64,000 nucleotides of DNA from an uncultured delta proteobacterium (lineage in GTDB: Bacteria > Desulfobacterota > Binatia > UBA9968): contig CAVSHR010000002.1 of assembly GCA_963727625.1 (NCBI GenBank), positions 608,001 through 672,000 of the forward strand. Direction: 5' to 3'. The notes beneath the pieces were generated by a model that was not told the origin of the DNA, did not search any database, and saw nothing but the letters and a program-made list of their open reading frames with translations. A program made the position numbers and the translations under genes. Below are positions 20,275 to 29,660 of the stretch, in pieces. Position 1 is the first letter of the stretch; each line of letters begins with the position of its first letter.

Positions 20275-22098
20275 TTAGTCTTCTCCCAATGATTCGACGA
20301 GCGCCCGAATTGTCCTAAGTTGAAATAGACTGCTTAGGGAAACTATTAGGCCGTGTTTCACCTTGATTCGGCTAACGATCCGAGTCGCGTGCAGCGAATC
20401 CCCGCCAAGGTCAAGGAATGAATCGGTGGCGCCCACCTGATCGATTTCAAGGACTTCGGTCCAGATGGACGCCAGTTGCTGCTCCAACAAAGACCGCGGT
20501 GCAACATAGTCGTTGAGTAACGGCGGACGTTGCCGTCCTGGAGGTGGCAGTCGCTCATAATCAATTTTGAGATCCTTGGTGAGGGGCAGCTCTGCGATGA
20601 GGATAAAGGCCGTTGGAACGAGGTGTCCGGCGATTCTTTCGGACAAGGCTTCGCGCAATTGAGTAACCGTCACAATGCACCCGGCGTCGACAACGACGTA
20701 CGCACAGAGTCGGCGATCGCCAAATTCATCGGTATAATCACGCACGACGGTTTGGGATATTTCAGGCATACGCAACAAGGCTGTTTCAATTTCGCTCGAA
20801 TCGACGAATTCACCGGCAATACGGATGCGATGGTCCACTCTGCCAAGATGCGTCAGGCAGCCATCTGTGCTCAGGCTGCCTAAATCTTTAGTGCGGTAGC
20901 GGCGAACGCCGTCATAGTGTTCGACGAACCGTTCGGCCGATAACGCCGGATTGCGCCAATAACCCGTCGCGAGAAACTTGCTTTCGACTACAACTTCGCC
21001 GACGGACCCGGGCGCCAGCTCGTGTCCTCCATCGTCCGCGATACTTACGATCATATCCGGTACGGGATAGCCGGCCGGCACCGGCTCGCTCGATTCTAGC
21101 TGCGTTCGGTTATCGATGAAGAACTGGCGTACGAGTCCGCACTCTGTAGCACCGAGGCCGTTGACCAAGGTGCAATCATCGTTGAAGTTGGCTTTAAAGT
21201 GCTTGATATCCAGCGATGAGACGCGGTCTCCTTCGAGTCGCACCAGACGAATGGCAGGAAATCTGGTTGCCGGGTCCGATAGTTGCCGGAAGATCGAGGG
21301 CACGGCGTGGAAGACAGTCGCTCGTGAGTCACGCAGCCACTGCGAAATCTCCGGTAAGCTTTCGCTTCGGAGATCGTAAGGTGCGACTGTGGCGCCGTTG
21401 ACTAGCGCGCCGAACAAACTAGACACCGTGCCGCTGAAGCTCGGGTTCTGCACCAGACTCAGGGTGTCACTGGGCGCGAACCTCAGAGTGTTGGTATAGC
21501 GCATGACGTTGTGCAAGACGTTTCGATGCAAGTCCGCCACACCTTTGGGTGCGCCGGTGGACCCTGAGGTGTAAAAGACGTAGGCGCCGCTTTCCGGTGA
21601 CACCGGCTGATCGAGATTTTCGGAAGCGAACTCATCAAGACTTGTAACAGCGGTGATGACAGGAAAGCTGCCCAAGGCGTGATGGATCGAAGCATCGTGA
21701 CGTTCGATGTCCGCAATCAATGCGCAAGGTTCCAAATCTTCGATCATGCGTCGCAGAACGGAATATGGAAGCCGTTGATCCAGAGGCGCATAGGAAAACC
21801 CAGCTTTGAGAATCGCCATGGTCCAGACAATCGACACATAACCCTGGCTCATCAACATTGCGATCGGCCTTGTATCGCCGCGAACGGTGGCCAGCAGCCG
21901 GCGCGCGGCGCGATTGGCCGCAGCGTTGAGCTCGGCGTAGGCGATATCCGCGGATTGCAGCCTGACAGCGGGAGCATTGGGGCGGTGGCGCGCTTGTTGC
22001 TCAAAACGTCGATGGATCGGCTGCTCGCATTCGCCTGCGTCGAATGCCACAAACGTTTCTGGTACGCGCAGACTCTTTCTCGCCGCGAGATCCTTCAT
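20275..22098 (-). CDS. Stand-alone NRPS-like adenylation + carrier protein (A-T) didomain
   Basis: YAELNAAAN, YTSGSTGAPKGV, GYWRNP, YRTKDLG, LGRVD; PCP motif FLDLGGDSL. Confidence 0.88.
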   Translation of the reverse strand: MKDLAARKSLRVPETFVAFDAGECEQPIHRRFEQQARHRPNAPAVRLQSADIAYAELNAAANRAARRLLATVRGDTRPIAMLMSQGYVSIVWTMAILKAGFSYAPLDQRLPYSVLRRMIEDLEPCALIADIERHDASIHHALGSFPVITAVTSLDEFASENLDQPVSPESGAYVFYTSGSTGAPKGVADLHRNVLHNVMRYTNTLRFAPSDTLSLVQNPSFSGTVSSLFGALVNGATVAPYDLRSESLPEISQWLRDSRATVFHAVPSIFRQLSDPATRFPAIRLVRLEGDRVSSLDIKHFKANFNDDCTLVNGLGATECGLVRQFFIDNRTQLESSEPVPAGYPVPDMIVSIADDGGHELAPGSVGEVVVESKFLATGYWRNPALSAERFVEHYDGVRRYRTKDLGSLSTDGCLTHLGRVDHRIRIAGEFVDSSEIETALLRMPEISQTVVRDYTDEFGDRRLCAYVVVDAGCIVTVTQLREALSERIAGHLVPTAFILIAELPLTKDLKIDYERLPPPGRQRPPLLNDYVAPRSLLEQQLASIWTEVLEIDQVGATDSFLDLGGDSLHATRIVSRIKVKHGLIVSLSSLFQLRTIRALVESLGED

Positions 22099-22509
22099 GA
22101 TTGACGTCGATGGTTAGGCCGCTTGAAATGACCGCTTAGGAATTTGAACGGGAAATGTTTTTCACCCGTCGTAATGAACGGAAAAACTAGCGCTATCGAT
22201 GGTCCAGCCTCCCTAGACGTCAGCGCCCCGGTAGCCTATTGTAACAACGGAAAGGGCAACTCTGAAACAAATTTCGTTGCGGAAAGTAAGCGAGGGAACA
22301 AACGAAGTCAAACTGAGAATCACTGTAAGGTTTTGGGTGATTATTAAACTAAGAGCCAGAATCCTAGACCGGCTCGTGGACCTCACATGCAGTGTCTGTG
22401 GGGGTATTCGACCTTCGCAACTTTTTCCCATGCAAAGCTATCCTAGTAAGTGTACATCTGTATTCATGAACGCGTATTCTCGGTCCTAGGAGGCCGTAGA
22501 ACGGTGGCA

Positions 22510-23706
22510 ATGACGGAAACCATAGACGCTGCTCACGATTTTTCGGCTATTTCCCTTGAGGAAATAATCGCGCGTCTTGAAGACCGGGCGCTGGTCATTC
22601 TCAACGTCATGCCCAAGGAGACTTACGCAGACGGGCATATTCCTAGTTCCATCAATTTGCCAGTCGCTGAAATCGAAGCGAAGGCGCGGGCGCTGATTTC
22701 CAATCTCGCCCAAGAGATCGCTGTCTATTGCGCCGGGCCGACGTGACCCCTGGGCAAGCAGGCGGTGGGTCTGCTCCAAGGGCTGGGTTACACGAAGCTG
22801 CGCTACTACGTAGGCGGCATGGTGGAGTGGGTCGAACACAACGGCCCCATAGAGCGCACTGCTCCCTCAATCGCGGATAAGCCGGCAGTCGCGGCGCCGC
22901 GCCCCGGCGCCTCGCGCGGTTTTTCGTGGTTGGAGGTCCTTGCGAATTGGCCGCTGGATCGACTCGTCAGCTGCTGGCTCGGTATGATCGTCGTCTTTGG
23001 GTTGATTTACTGGCTTGCCGGAATCGGCATGGCTTCGGGGTTGCAGGCCGGCAACGTCGCCGTGATGCCGGACCTGAACGGCCTGGGCACGGCGATCTAT
23101 TTTAGCTTCGTTACCGCGCTCTCGATCGGCTACGGAGATGTGATTCCCGCCGGCGCGCTGCGCATTCTCGCGGTGATCGAAGGCATCGGCGGTTTGCTGA
23201 TCTTCGGCTGCGTGATTTCCAAGCTGGTTTCGCGCCGCCAGGAGGAATTGACGGAAGAAATCCATCGCACCACCTTCGAGGATCGGCTGGATCGGGTGCG
23301 GACCAATCTCCATTTGGTCTTTTCCGATCTCGGCGCGGTGCAGCAGCTGCAAGCGGAGCAGGGCGCTTTGGCCGGACCGGTGATGCGCCGGCTCGAGAGC
23401 ACCGTGCGGGTGTTTCGCGGCGAACTGCAAACCATCCACGACCTGCTCTACAGAGCACGCATAGAGGCGGACGAGGAAAGCCTGGAATCGCTGCTTGCCA
23501 ATCTAGTCATTTGTCTCCAAAGCCTGGTCGAGATCAATGCATCACGGCCGGCCGGCGACGGCCAAGCCGCGGCCCTCGACGCCGGTCTGCGCGCGGTCGG
23601 CAACTTGGCAAAGGAAATCTGCGGCGAGTGCGTGCCGCGGGTTTATGCGCCGGCGCTGAAGGAGTCGATGGATCAGATCCAAGATCTGGCACGCCGCTTC
23701 GCGTAA
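22510..23706 (+). CDS. Probable selenoprotein: rhodanese domain (C-x4-U) fused to a 2-TM potassium-channel pore and helical C-terminal domain
   Basis: ORFs 22450-22746 and 22765-23706 share a frame, separated only by TGA 22744-22746; read-through gives GHIPSSINLP...VYCAGPT-U-PLGKQAVGLLQGLGYTKLRYYVGGMVEW, then YFSFVTALSIGYGD; alternative GTG start at 22504. Confidence 0.82.
22747..22782 (+). promoter_or_regulatory. Candidate bacterial SECIS element
   Basis: Upper stem AGCAGGC (22757-63) / GTCTGCT (22769-75); loop GGTGG starts with G, 17 nt after UGA; lower stem CCC-TGG / CCA-GGG. Confidence 0.72.
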
Positions 23707-23780
23707 TGCCTGGCGGCGGCTTGAAGCGGCATGGTGCAGCCGTTATTAAGCATTGAAAACCGATCGATGGGAGGCAGCGT

Positions 23781-24086
23781 ATGAGAACGGCAATATAAAC
23801 ACTTTTACCAATGATTGCCCTGATGTGGATCCTTACCGGCTGTCAGGCGCTCACCGGGCAAACCCTCGGGGAGAACATCGACGACACGACGATCACCACC
23901 ACCGTGAAGGCGAAGCTTGCCGCGGAAAAAGGCTCAACACTAACGCGCATCGGGGTGGATACCAATCGGGGCGTGGTCCAATTGTCGGGCGTGGTGAGAT
24001 CAGCGGCCGACCGCAGTCTCGCCGAGCGGGTCGCGCGCGGCGTCAGCGGGGTCAAAAGCGTGGTCAATAATCTACAAATCCAATAA
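23781..24086 (+). CDS. BON-domain lipoprotein (OsmY-like), with an in-frame TAA at codon 6
   Basis: LTGC lipobox, IDDTTITTTVKAKL, GVVQLSG, GVKSVVNNL; GGAGG-ATG 23781 then TAA 23796-98; alternative ATG at 23811. Confidence 0.8.
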
Positions 24087-24200
24087 CGCTTTGATTTTCC
24101 GAGAAGGTCGCGGCCACGGTAAAAAATTACGCTGGCCGCGACCGCAATGAAAATGACGCCGGCGATAGGCCGGGCCTGCGGGCGACCGGCGCCAGATGCG

Positions 24201-25214
24201 TCATTTGTTGACCGAATCAATAAACCCACTCTTTTCCAACTGCTCGACCAGCGACATGTCGACGAACTGCTCGGGCTTGGGCATCGGCTTTTTATCTTTG
24301 AACTGGTTTTCGATTAGAAACTGAATCGCTTTCAACGATGGCCGCGGGCTTTTCTGCATCGTCGGTGTGTAATCGTGCCAGGTGCCTTCTAAAATCTCGT
24401 CGTCCTTGATCTTGCCGTATTTGGCGAGGACTGTTTTGCTGAATTCCTTGTCGGTGCGATAGCGGTGCATGCCTCGCGTAAATGCGCGCATGAAACGTAG
24501 GGCCATATCGCGATTCTGGCTAATAAACGACCGGGTCGTGATGATTGTGCCATTGATGTCTTCAACGCCGAGGTCGCTGAATTTAACCAGCTCGCGCATG
24601 CCCAGCCTGGCTGCCCTGGGATAGAGAGGGTAGCTCAGGGCGCCAACTTGCACCGAGCCGCTTTGGAGCGCGGCAAAAACTTCCGGTTGAGCGCCCATCG
24701 TCAGCAAGGCGACATCCTTATTGGCTTCGAGATTAAAATGCTTAAGCGCGATGCGCATGACTTGATCCGAGGTGGAGCCGAACGTGGTGATTCCGGCTTT
24801 TTTGCCTCGTAGATCGGACGGCTGTTTAATCTCCGGGCGGGCCATCAGATGAAAGGGCGACACGGTTCCGGTAGAGCCGATAATCACCACGTCGCTGCCG
24901 GCCGCGGTGGCCGCTAGCGCCGCCGAAGCGCCGGCTTGAATGACCGGCGCGCTGCCGCCGAGCATGGCGGCGACCATGCGCGTGCTGCCGCCGACGCGGA
25001 TCAACTCCACGTCGAGTCCTTCGTTGGCGAAATAACCGGCCTCTTTGGCGATCCATGCGGTTGCCCAGGAGCCGGAAAAGCTCGGGTAAAGCAAACGCAT
25101 GGAGGTCATCGCCGACGCCGCAAAAACCTGGACCGGCGCGAGCGCGATGATCAGCGCGAGCAGGATTGGACGCGTAAATATTTTTGCTGGAATGAAATGA
25201 ATTTTTGGGTTCAT
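24201..25214 (-). CDS. ABC transporter substrate-binding protein (NMT1/SsuA-like)
   Basis: Signal peptide; GYFANEGLDVEL, DLRGKKAGITTFGS; ATG at 25214 after AAGGAG. Confidence 0.88.
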   Translation of the reverse strand: MNPKIHFIPAKIFTRPILLALIIALAPVQVFAASAMTSMRLLYPSFSGSWATAWIAKEAGYFANEGLDVELIRVGGSTRMVAAMLGGSAPVIQAGASAALAATAAGSDVVIIGSTGTVSPFHLMARPEIKQPSDLRGKKAGITTFGSTSDQVMRIALKHFNLEANKDVALLTMGAQPEVFAALQSGSVQVGALSYPLYPRAARLGMRELVKFSDLGVEDINGTIITTRSFISQNRDMALRFMRAFTRGMHRYRTDKEFSKTVLAKYGKIKDDEILEGTWHDYTPTMQKSPRPSLKAIQFLIENQFKDKKPMPKPEQFVDMSLVEQLEKSGFIDSVNK

Positions 25215-25451
25215 CAAATACTCCTTATTAGTTAGCTCCGAGTTTCCTTTACTTGATATAGGACTCTCATGCAATTGGCGCCGATGATTTTTGCCACTGC
25301 GAAATCAGCATGGCCTCGTTTTAAAAGCCCGGCAGTGATGACCGCGAAGGCTTTGTGGCTGGGGACCACCATGGCGCTACGCAGACCGAATAGGTTGCTG
25401 GCGTCCGGTGCGATGGCAGTGTAACAATGGCGTTACCCAGGACAGTCTTGC

Positions 25452-26705
25452 ATGCAACTTGAGCATAGGTCAAAGCCGGCGCTTGATAAGAATCCTTCGG
25501 GGACCGGCAGCCAAACGATCGCGGGTGAGAATTCATCTTTCCGGACGCAAGTCGGACCGGTGTTTTTTCTCGCCGTGATATTTTTGCTCAATTTCGTGTC
25601 GCGCATCATTCTGTCGCCGCTTTTGCCGACCATCGAAAAGGAGCTGTCGATCAGCCACAGCCAGGCGGGTTTCTTTTTTTTCCTGACCTCGGGCGGCTAT
25701 CTCCTCGGCTTGTTAAGCTCGGGCTTGATCGTTTCGCGCGCGACGCACCGGGTGTCGATCGTGCTTTCCAGTTTTGGTGTTGGCGTCGCGATGTTGACGA
25801 TTGCCATGGCACCAAACCTCTGGCTCATGCGCAGCGGGCTTTTTGGCGTCGGACTGGCGGCGGGGTGGTACATGCCCTCGGCGATCACGACGATCACTTC
25901 GCTGGTCGACAAGCGCCATTGGGGGAAAGCGATTTCGGTTCATGAGCTGGCGCCCAACCTGGCATTCTTCATCAGCCCGTTTATCGCCGAGCTGTTTCTC
26001 AAATGGGCGAGCTGGCGCTCGGCGTTAGGCGTGCTCGGCGTGTTGTCGATGGCGGCAAGCCTGAGCTTCGGTCGATTCGGCCGCGGCGGCGATTTTTCCG
26101 GCGAATCACCCTTGTCGAGTGCCTTCGGAACGCTGGTGCGAACGCCGGCGTACTGGTTGATGGTGGCGCTGTTCGGCTTGGGGGTGAGCGCCACCCTCGG
26201 CGTCTACGCCATGTTGCCGCTTTATCTGGTGGTGGAGCGTCACTTTGAACCGACCTGGGCCAACACCGTCGTTGCTCTTTCGCGCTCCCATGGGCCGATC
26301 CTTGGGCTGCTCGGCGGCTGGGCGTCGGACAAACTCGGCGCGCGCCAAACCATCGTCATCAGCCTGGCGTTCACCGGTGCGATGACCCTGGGGTTGGGTT
26401 TGCTTTCGGACCTTTGGCTGACTGCGGCAGTGTTGTTTCAACCGCTGCTGGCGGTCTGGTTTTTTCCGGCGGCCTTCGCCGCTATGGCTATGATCACGCC
26501 GCCCAAAGCGCGCAATCTCGCCGTCGCTTTTTCCGTTCCCTTCGGTTTTTTGATCGGCGGCGGCGCCATACCGACCTTCATCGGCGCCACCGGCGACGCC
26601 GGCTCTTTTGCCACCGGCTTCACCATCACCGGTATTCTCATCGCGGCCGGCGCGCTGCTTGCGGTCATGCTCCGGCTTCCCGAAGCGGCTCATGACTCGA
26701 TGTGA
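25452..26705 (+). CDS. MFS transporter
   Basis: About 12 hydrophobic segments; GWASDKLGAR MFS motif. Confidence 0.85.
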   Translation: MQLEHRSKPALDKNPSGTGSQTIAGENSSFRTQVGPVFFLAVIFLLNFVSRIILSPLLPTIEKELSISHSQAGFFFFLTSGGYLLGLLSSGLIVSRATHRVSIVLSSFGVGVAMLTIAMAPNLWLMRSGLFGVGLAAGWYMPSAITTITSLVDKRHWGKAISVHELAPNLAFFISPFIAELFLKWASWRSALGVLGVLSMAASLSFGRFGRGGDFSGESPLSSAFGTLVRTPAYWLMVALFGLGVSATLGVYAMLPLYLVVERHFEPTWANTVVALSRSHGPILGLLGGWASDKLGARQTIVISLAFTGAMTLGLGLLSDLWLTAAVLFQPLLAVWFFPAAFAAMAMITPPKARNLAVAFSVPFGFLIGGGAIPTFIGATGDAGSFATGFTITGILIAAGALLAVMLRLPEAAHDSM

Positions 26706-26750
26706 TGCAAGGGTTGTCTTCGCCGCGCAGGCTGTTCTATAAATCGGCTC

Positions 26751-27506
26751 ATGGTGACGTTGAGCCAATTCGCACAGACCATCCGCGCGAGCGATGCAAC
26801 CGTGGTCTTTACCGGGGCGGGCATCAGCACGGAATCCGGCATTCCAGATTTTCGCAGCCCCGGCGGCATCTGGACGCGCTACCGGCCCGTGACCTTTCAG
26901 GAATATCTCGGCAGCGAAGCGGCGCGCATCGAAGCCTGGAAGCGCCGGCTCGATACCTACGAAGCGCACAAGAACGCCAAACCGAACATCGGCCATTACT
27001 TCGTTCAATCCCTGGACGCCAAGGGCAAGCTCATCGGCTTGATTACCCAAAACGTCGACGGTCTGCACAGCGCTGCGGGTTTGGCGGACGAGAAATTAGT
27101 CGAATTGCACGGCAGCAATCGGCAAATCGTCTGTTTAAAGTGCAACGAATCCTATGATCCCGATGGGATCATCAAACGATTGGTGGGCGATTTTGAGTCG
27201 CCCAAATGCGATGCTTGCGGCGGAATTCTCAAGTCGGCGACGGTCTCCTTCGGCCAGGCGATGCCGGAAGAGCCGATGCGTGTCGCGCAGGAGTGGACGG
27301 AGCAGGCCGAAGTTTTTATCGTCATGGGTTCGTCGCTCCAAGTGCAACCGGCGGCGTCGTTTCCGGTCGTCGCCAAGCGCAACGGCGCGCTGCTGGCGAT
27401 CGTCAACCGTGAGCCGGGGCCGCTCGATGAGATTGCCGACTTCGTGCATCACGGCGCCATCGGCGAGTTTTGCGCCCGATTCGGCGAGATGATCGCCGAC
27501 GGATAA
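26751..27506 (+). CDS. cobB: Sir2 family NAD-dependent deacylase
   Basis: TGAGISTESGIPDFR, ITQNVDGLH, ELHG, CxxC...CxxC, GSSLQVQPAA. Confidence 0.92.
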   Translation: MVTLSQFAQTIRASDATVVFTGAGISTESGIPDFRSPGGIWTRYRPVTFQEYLGSEAARIEAWKRRLDTYEAHKNAKPNIGHYFVQSLDAKGKLIGLITQNVDGLHSAAGLADEKLVELHGSNRQIVCLKCNESYDPDGIIKRLVGDFESPKCDACGGILKSATVSFGQAMPEEPMRVAQEWTEQAEVFIVMGSSLQVQPAASFPVVAKRNGALLAIVNREPGPLDEIADFVHHGAIGEFCARFGEMIADG

Positions 27507-27519
27507 ATCGGAAGAACGC

Positions 27520-27552
27520 GTTCAAGACGTTCAATCAGTTCAAATTGTTCAA
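27520..27552 (+). repeat. 9-bp-period GTTCAA array
   Basis: gttcaa at 27520, 27529, 27538, 27547. Confidence 0.8.
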
Positions 27553-27566
27553 CAGGGTTTCGAAAT

Positions 27567-27590
27567 GTAGGGGCGCGATTCATCGCGCCC
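27567..27590 (+). repeat. GTAG-type REP-like palindrome
   Basis: GTAG + GGGCGCGAT-TC-ATCGCGCCC, perfect 9-bp stem. Confidence 0.7.
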
Positions 27591-27619
27591 TCTAGGTTTG
27601 CACAGACGCAGGAGGCGAT

Positions 27620-28624
27620 ATGAAAGACTGGAACATGATCGACGCGGACGGGCATATTCGTGAAGTCGAGAGCGATGTGTTCGAGTATCTGCCGGATTAT
27701 TACAAAGCGCGGCGCGAAGCGGTGCTTTATTTTCCGCTCTTGCCGCATCATGGTTGGCATCGGCAGGCAGGGCGTGTGGGCAACGGCGCCTCGTTTCTGA
27801 TTCCGACTTTGGCGGATTGGCAGGAGGCTTTGGATCAGGGCAATATCGAAGCTGCGGTGATCTATCCGACGCGCTTCATGCATATCGGTCAGGTGGGCAT
27901 GACGGACTTCGCTGTCGATTTGAGCCGGGCCTACAACGACTATCTGTACGATCGTTTTCTCCGCCACGAAGCGAGATTGAAAGGGATGGCGATCTTGCCG
28001 TTGCAAGATGTTCCGGCCGCAGTCGTTGAATTACGGCGGGCGGTGAAAGAATACGGCATGGTCGGCGCGGTGTTGCCCGCCGACGGTTTGCCGCGGCCTT
28101 TGGGCCATCCCGATTTTTATCCCGTCTACGAAGAAGCAAGCCGGCTGGGTTGCATGATCGCCGTGCATTCGCAAAATTCTTTGCGGAACAACGATCTGTT
28201 TATGTGGCGCGGCGAGGCGGCCACGCTGGCCCATGTCTGGCCGCAGATGCGCCAGTTCACCAATATTGTATTTTCCGGATTGCTGGGGCGGCTGCCGGAT
28301 TTAAAAATGGCTTTTCTCGAAGCGGGCTGCGGCTGGGTACCCTATCTCATGAGCAAGATGGGTAACCGCATCGGCGAGGCGCCGGCGCCGGCCAAGTTGA
28401 TCGAACGGGGACAGATCTATTTTCAGTGCGGCGAGGAGATGACGACCAGCCGCGATCTGGAGCTGCTCGGCGACAAGTGTTTATTCTGGGCGTCCGATTT
28501 CCCCCACGAGGGCATCGTCAGCATGAAAAAAGCGGTAAACGAATTCTTGGAGCGCGAGGATATTCCTGAAGCCGCGAAGCGAAAAATCAGCTACGACAAT
28601 CCGAAGCGGCTCTACGGTCTCTGA
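27620..28624 (+). CDS. Amidohydrolase_2 family protein
   Basis: IDADGH, AYNDY, IAVH, FLEAGCGW, WASDFPH, NPKRLYGL. Confidence 0.88.
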   Translation: MKDWNMIDADGHIREVESDVFEYLPDYYKARREAVLYFPLLPHHGWHRQAGRVGNGASFLIPTLADWQEALDQGNIEAAVIYPTRFMHIGQVGMTDFAVDLSRAYNDYLYDRFLRHEARLKGMAILPLQDVPAAVVELRRAVKEYGMVGAVLPADGLPRPLGHPDFYPVYEEASRLGCMIAVHSQNSLRNNDLFMWRGEAATLAHVWPQMRQFTNIVFSGLLGRLPDLKMAFLEAGCGWVPYLMSKMGNRIGEAPAPAKLIERGQIYFQCGEEMTTSRDLELLGDKCLFWASDFPHEGIVSMKKAVNEFLEREDIPEAAKRKISYDNPKRLYGL

Positions 28625-28634
28625 GAACCGAAGA

Positions 28635-28715
28635 GTTCAAAGTGTTCAAGCCGTTCAAGTCGTCAAGAACGTCCGGATCGGATTGAACGACTGAAACGTT
28701 TTGAACGGCTTGAAC
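28635..28715. repeat. Inverted pair of 9-bp-period GTTCAA / TTGAAC arrays between convergent genes
   Basis: gttcaa 28635, 28644, 28653; ttgaac 28683, 28701, 28710. Confidence 0.8.
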
Positions 28716-28728
28716 AAAGACTTAGTTG

Positions 28729-29118
28729 TCAGCCGTTGCTGAATTCGGCCTGAACCTGCTGGCGCATGTCCTTGCGCGTCACATAGTCGATGATCTGAAT
28801 CTTCTCCGCCGGCCCGGAGCGGTTGCCCATCATGATCATCGGTCCGGCGCCGGTGTTTTCCAGTTTATAAAATGAGCCGCCGGTGATCAGTGCGGATTGA
28901 CCCGGCTTCAAAGTGACCTTGCCGCCGTCGGGAAAGCTCATGGTGCACTCGCCGTCAAGAACGACGAAGGTCTGATCGGCGTTGTGGCAGTGCATTTCGT
29001 CTTTCTGCCCCGGCTTGTAATAATGCATCCAGGCATGAAAGCGCGGCGTGTTAAATATATTTTTGCGCCGTTTTTCTTTGTGCGCCATATCCACGAGATC
29101 GACGACTTCAATGCCCAT
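28729..29118 (-). CDS. Cupin domain protein
   Basis: MHCHNADQTFVVLDGE, LKPGQ, YKLENTG; ATG at 29118 after AAGGAGG. Confidence 0.85.
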   Translation of the reverse strand: MGIEVVDLVDMAHKEKRRKNIFNTPRFHAWMHYYKPGQKDEMHCHNADQTFVVLDGECTMSFPDGGKVTLKPGQSALITGGSFYKLENTGAGPMIMMGNRSGPAEKIQIIDYVTRKDMRQQVQAEFSNG

Positions 29119-29149
29119 TGAGAATACCTCCTTAATTGTCAATTTCCCA

Positions 29150-29530
29150 TCAAAGAACCGCGATCACTTCAATTTGAAAAAGGTTGTCGCCACGCAGCTC
29201 GACTTTCATCGCGTGGCGCGCCGGCCGGTCATGTTCGTCGGGAAACATCTTGAGCCAGGCCTTGTTGACCGAGTCGCGAAGTTTTTCTTCTCTCAGATAG
29301 ACTTTCATGTAGGCAATGTTGTCGGGTGTGCCGCCGGCGCTTTCCATGAAGAGCTGCAAGTTGCGGAACATCGCCGCGGCCTGCTCGTCGGGGTCGGGCG
29401 AGAGCACGCCGGTCTTGGCGTCTTTGCCGGAGATCGCCGAGGAGAAAACCATGTTGCCCAGGACCACACCGTTCGGTATCGGCGCGCCATGTTCCATGCC
29501 TTTGATATGGATGCTTTTTCTCTTGGCCAT
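29150..29530 (-). CDS. RidA/YjgF family protein
   Basis: HGAPIP, FSSAISG, AGGTPDNI, RPARH, QIEVIAVL. Confidence 0.88.
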   Translation of the reverse strand: MAKRKSIHIKGMEHGAPIPNGVVLGNMVFSSAISGKDAKTGVLSPDPDEQAAAMFRNLQLFMESAGGTPDNIAYMKVYLREEKLRDSVNKAWLKMFPDEHDRPARHAMKVELRGDNLFQIEVIAVL

Positions 29531-29660
29531 CAAGTTCTCCTTTAAGCGCTAACTTTAAACCGCCTAATAGCACGGGTGCCGGCGTTCGTCTACCCGGACG
29601 TTGTCGAAGAAAGAAAGACGAAACCGCATCAGCGCACCCTAAATTCGGCTACGGCGACTT

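Noticed and set aside
25321-25450. Structured-looking intergenic region, checked for tRNA-Sec or a riboswitch
   Set aside because: No cloverleaf, TTCGA T-loop or UCA anticodon arm, and no riboswitch consensus recognisable by eye; an Infernal/Rfam scan would settle it.
28635-28715. Short repeat arrays as a possible CRISPR
   Set aside because: Units are 6 bp with 3-bp spacers, far below CRISPR dimensions; no cas genes.
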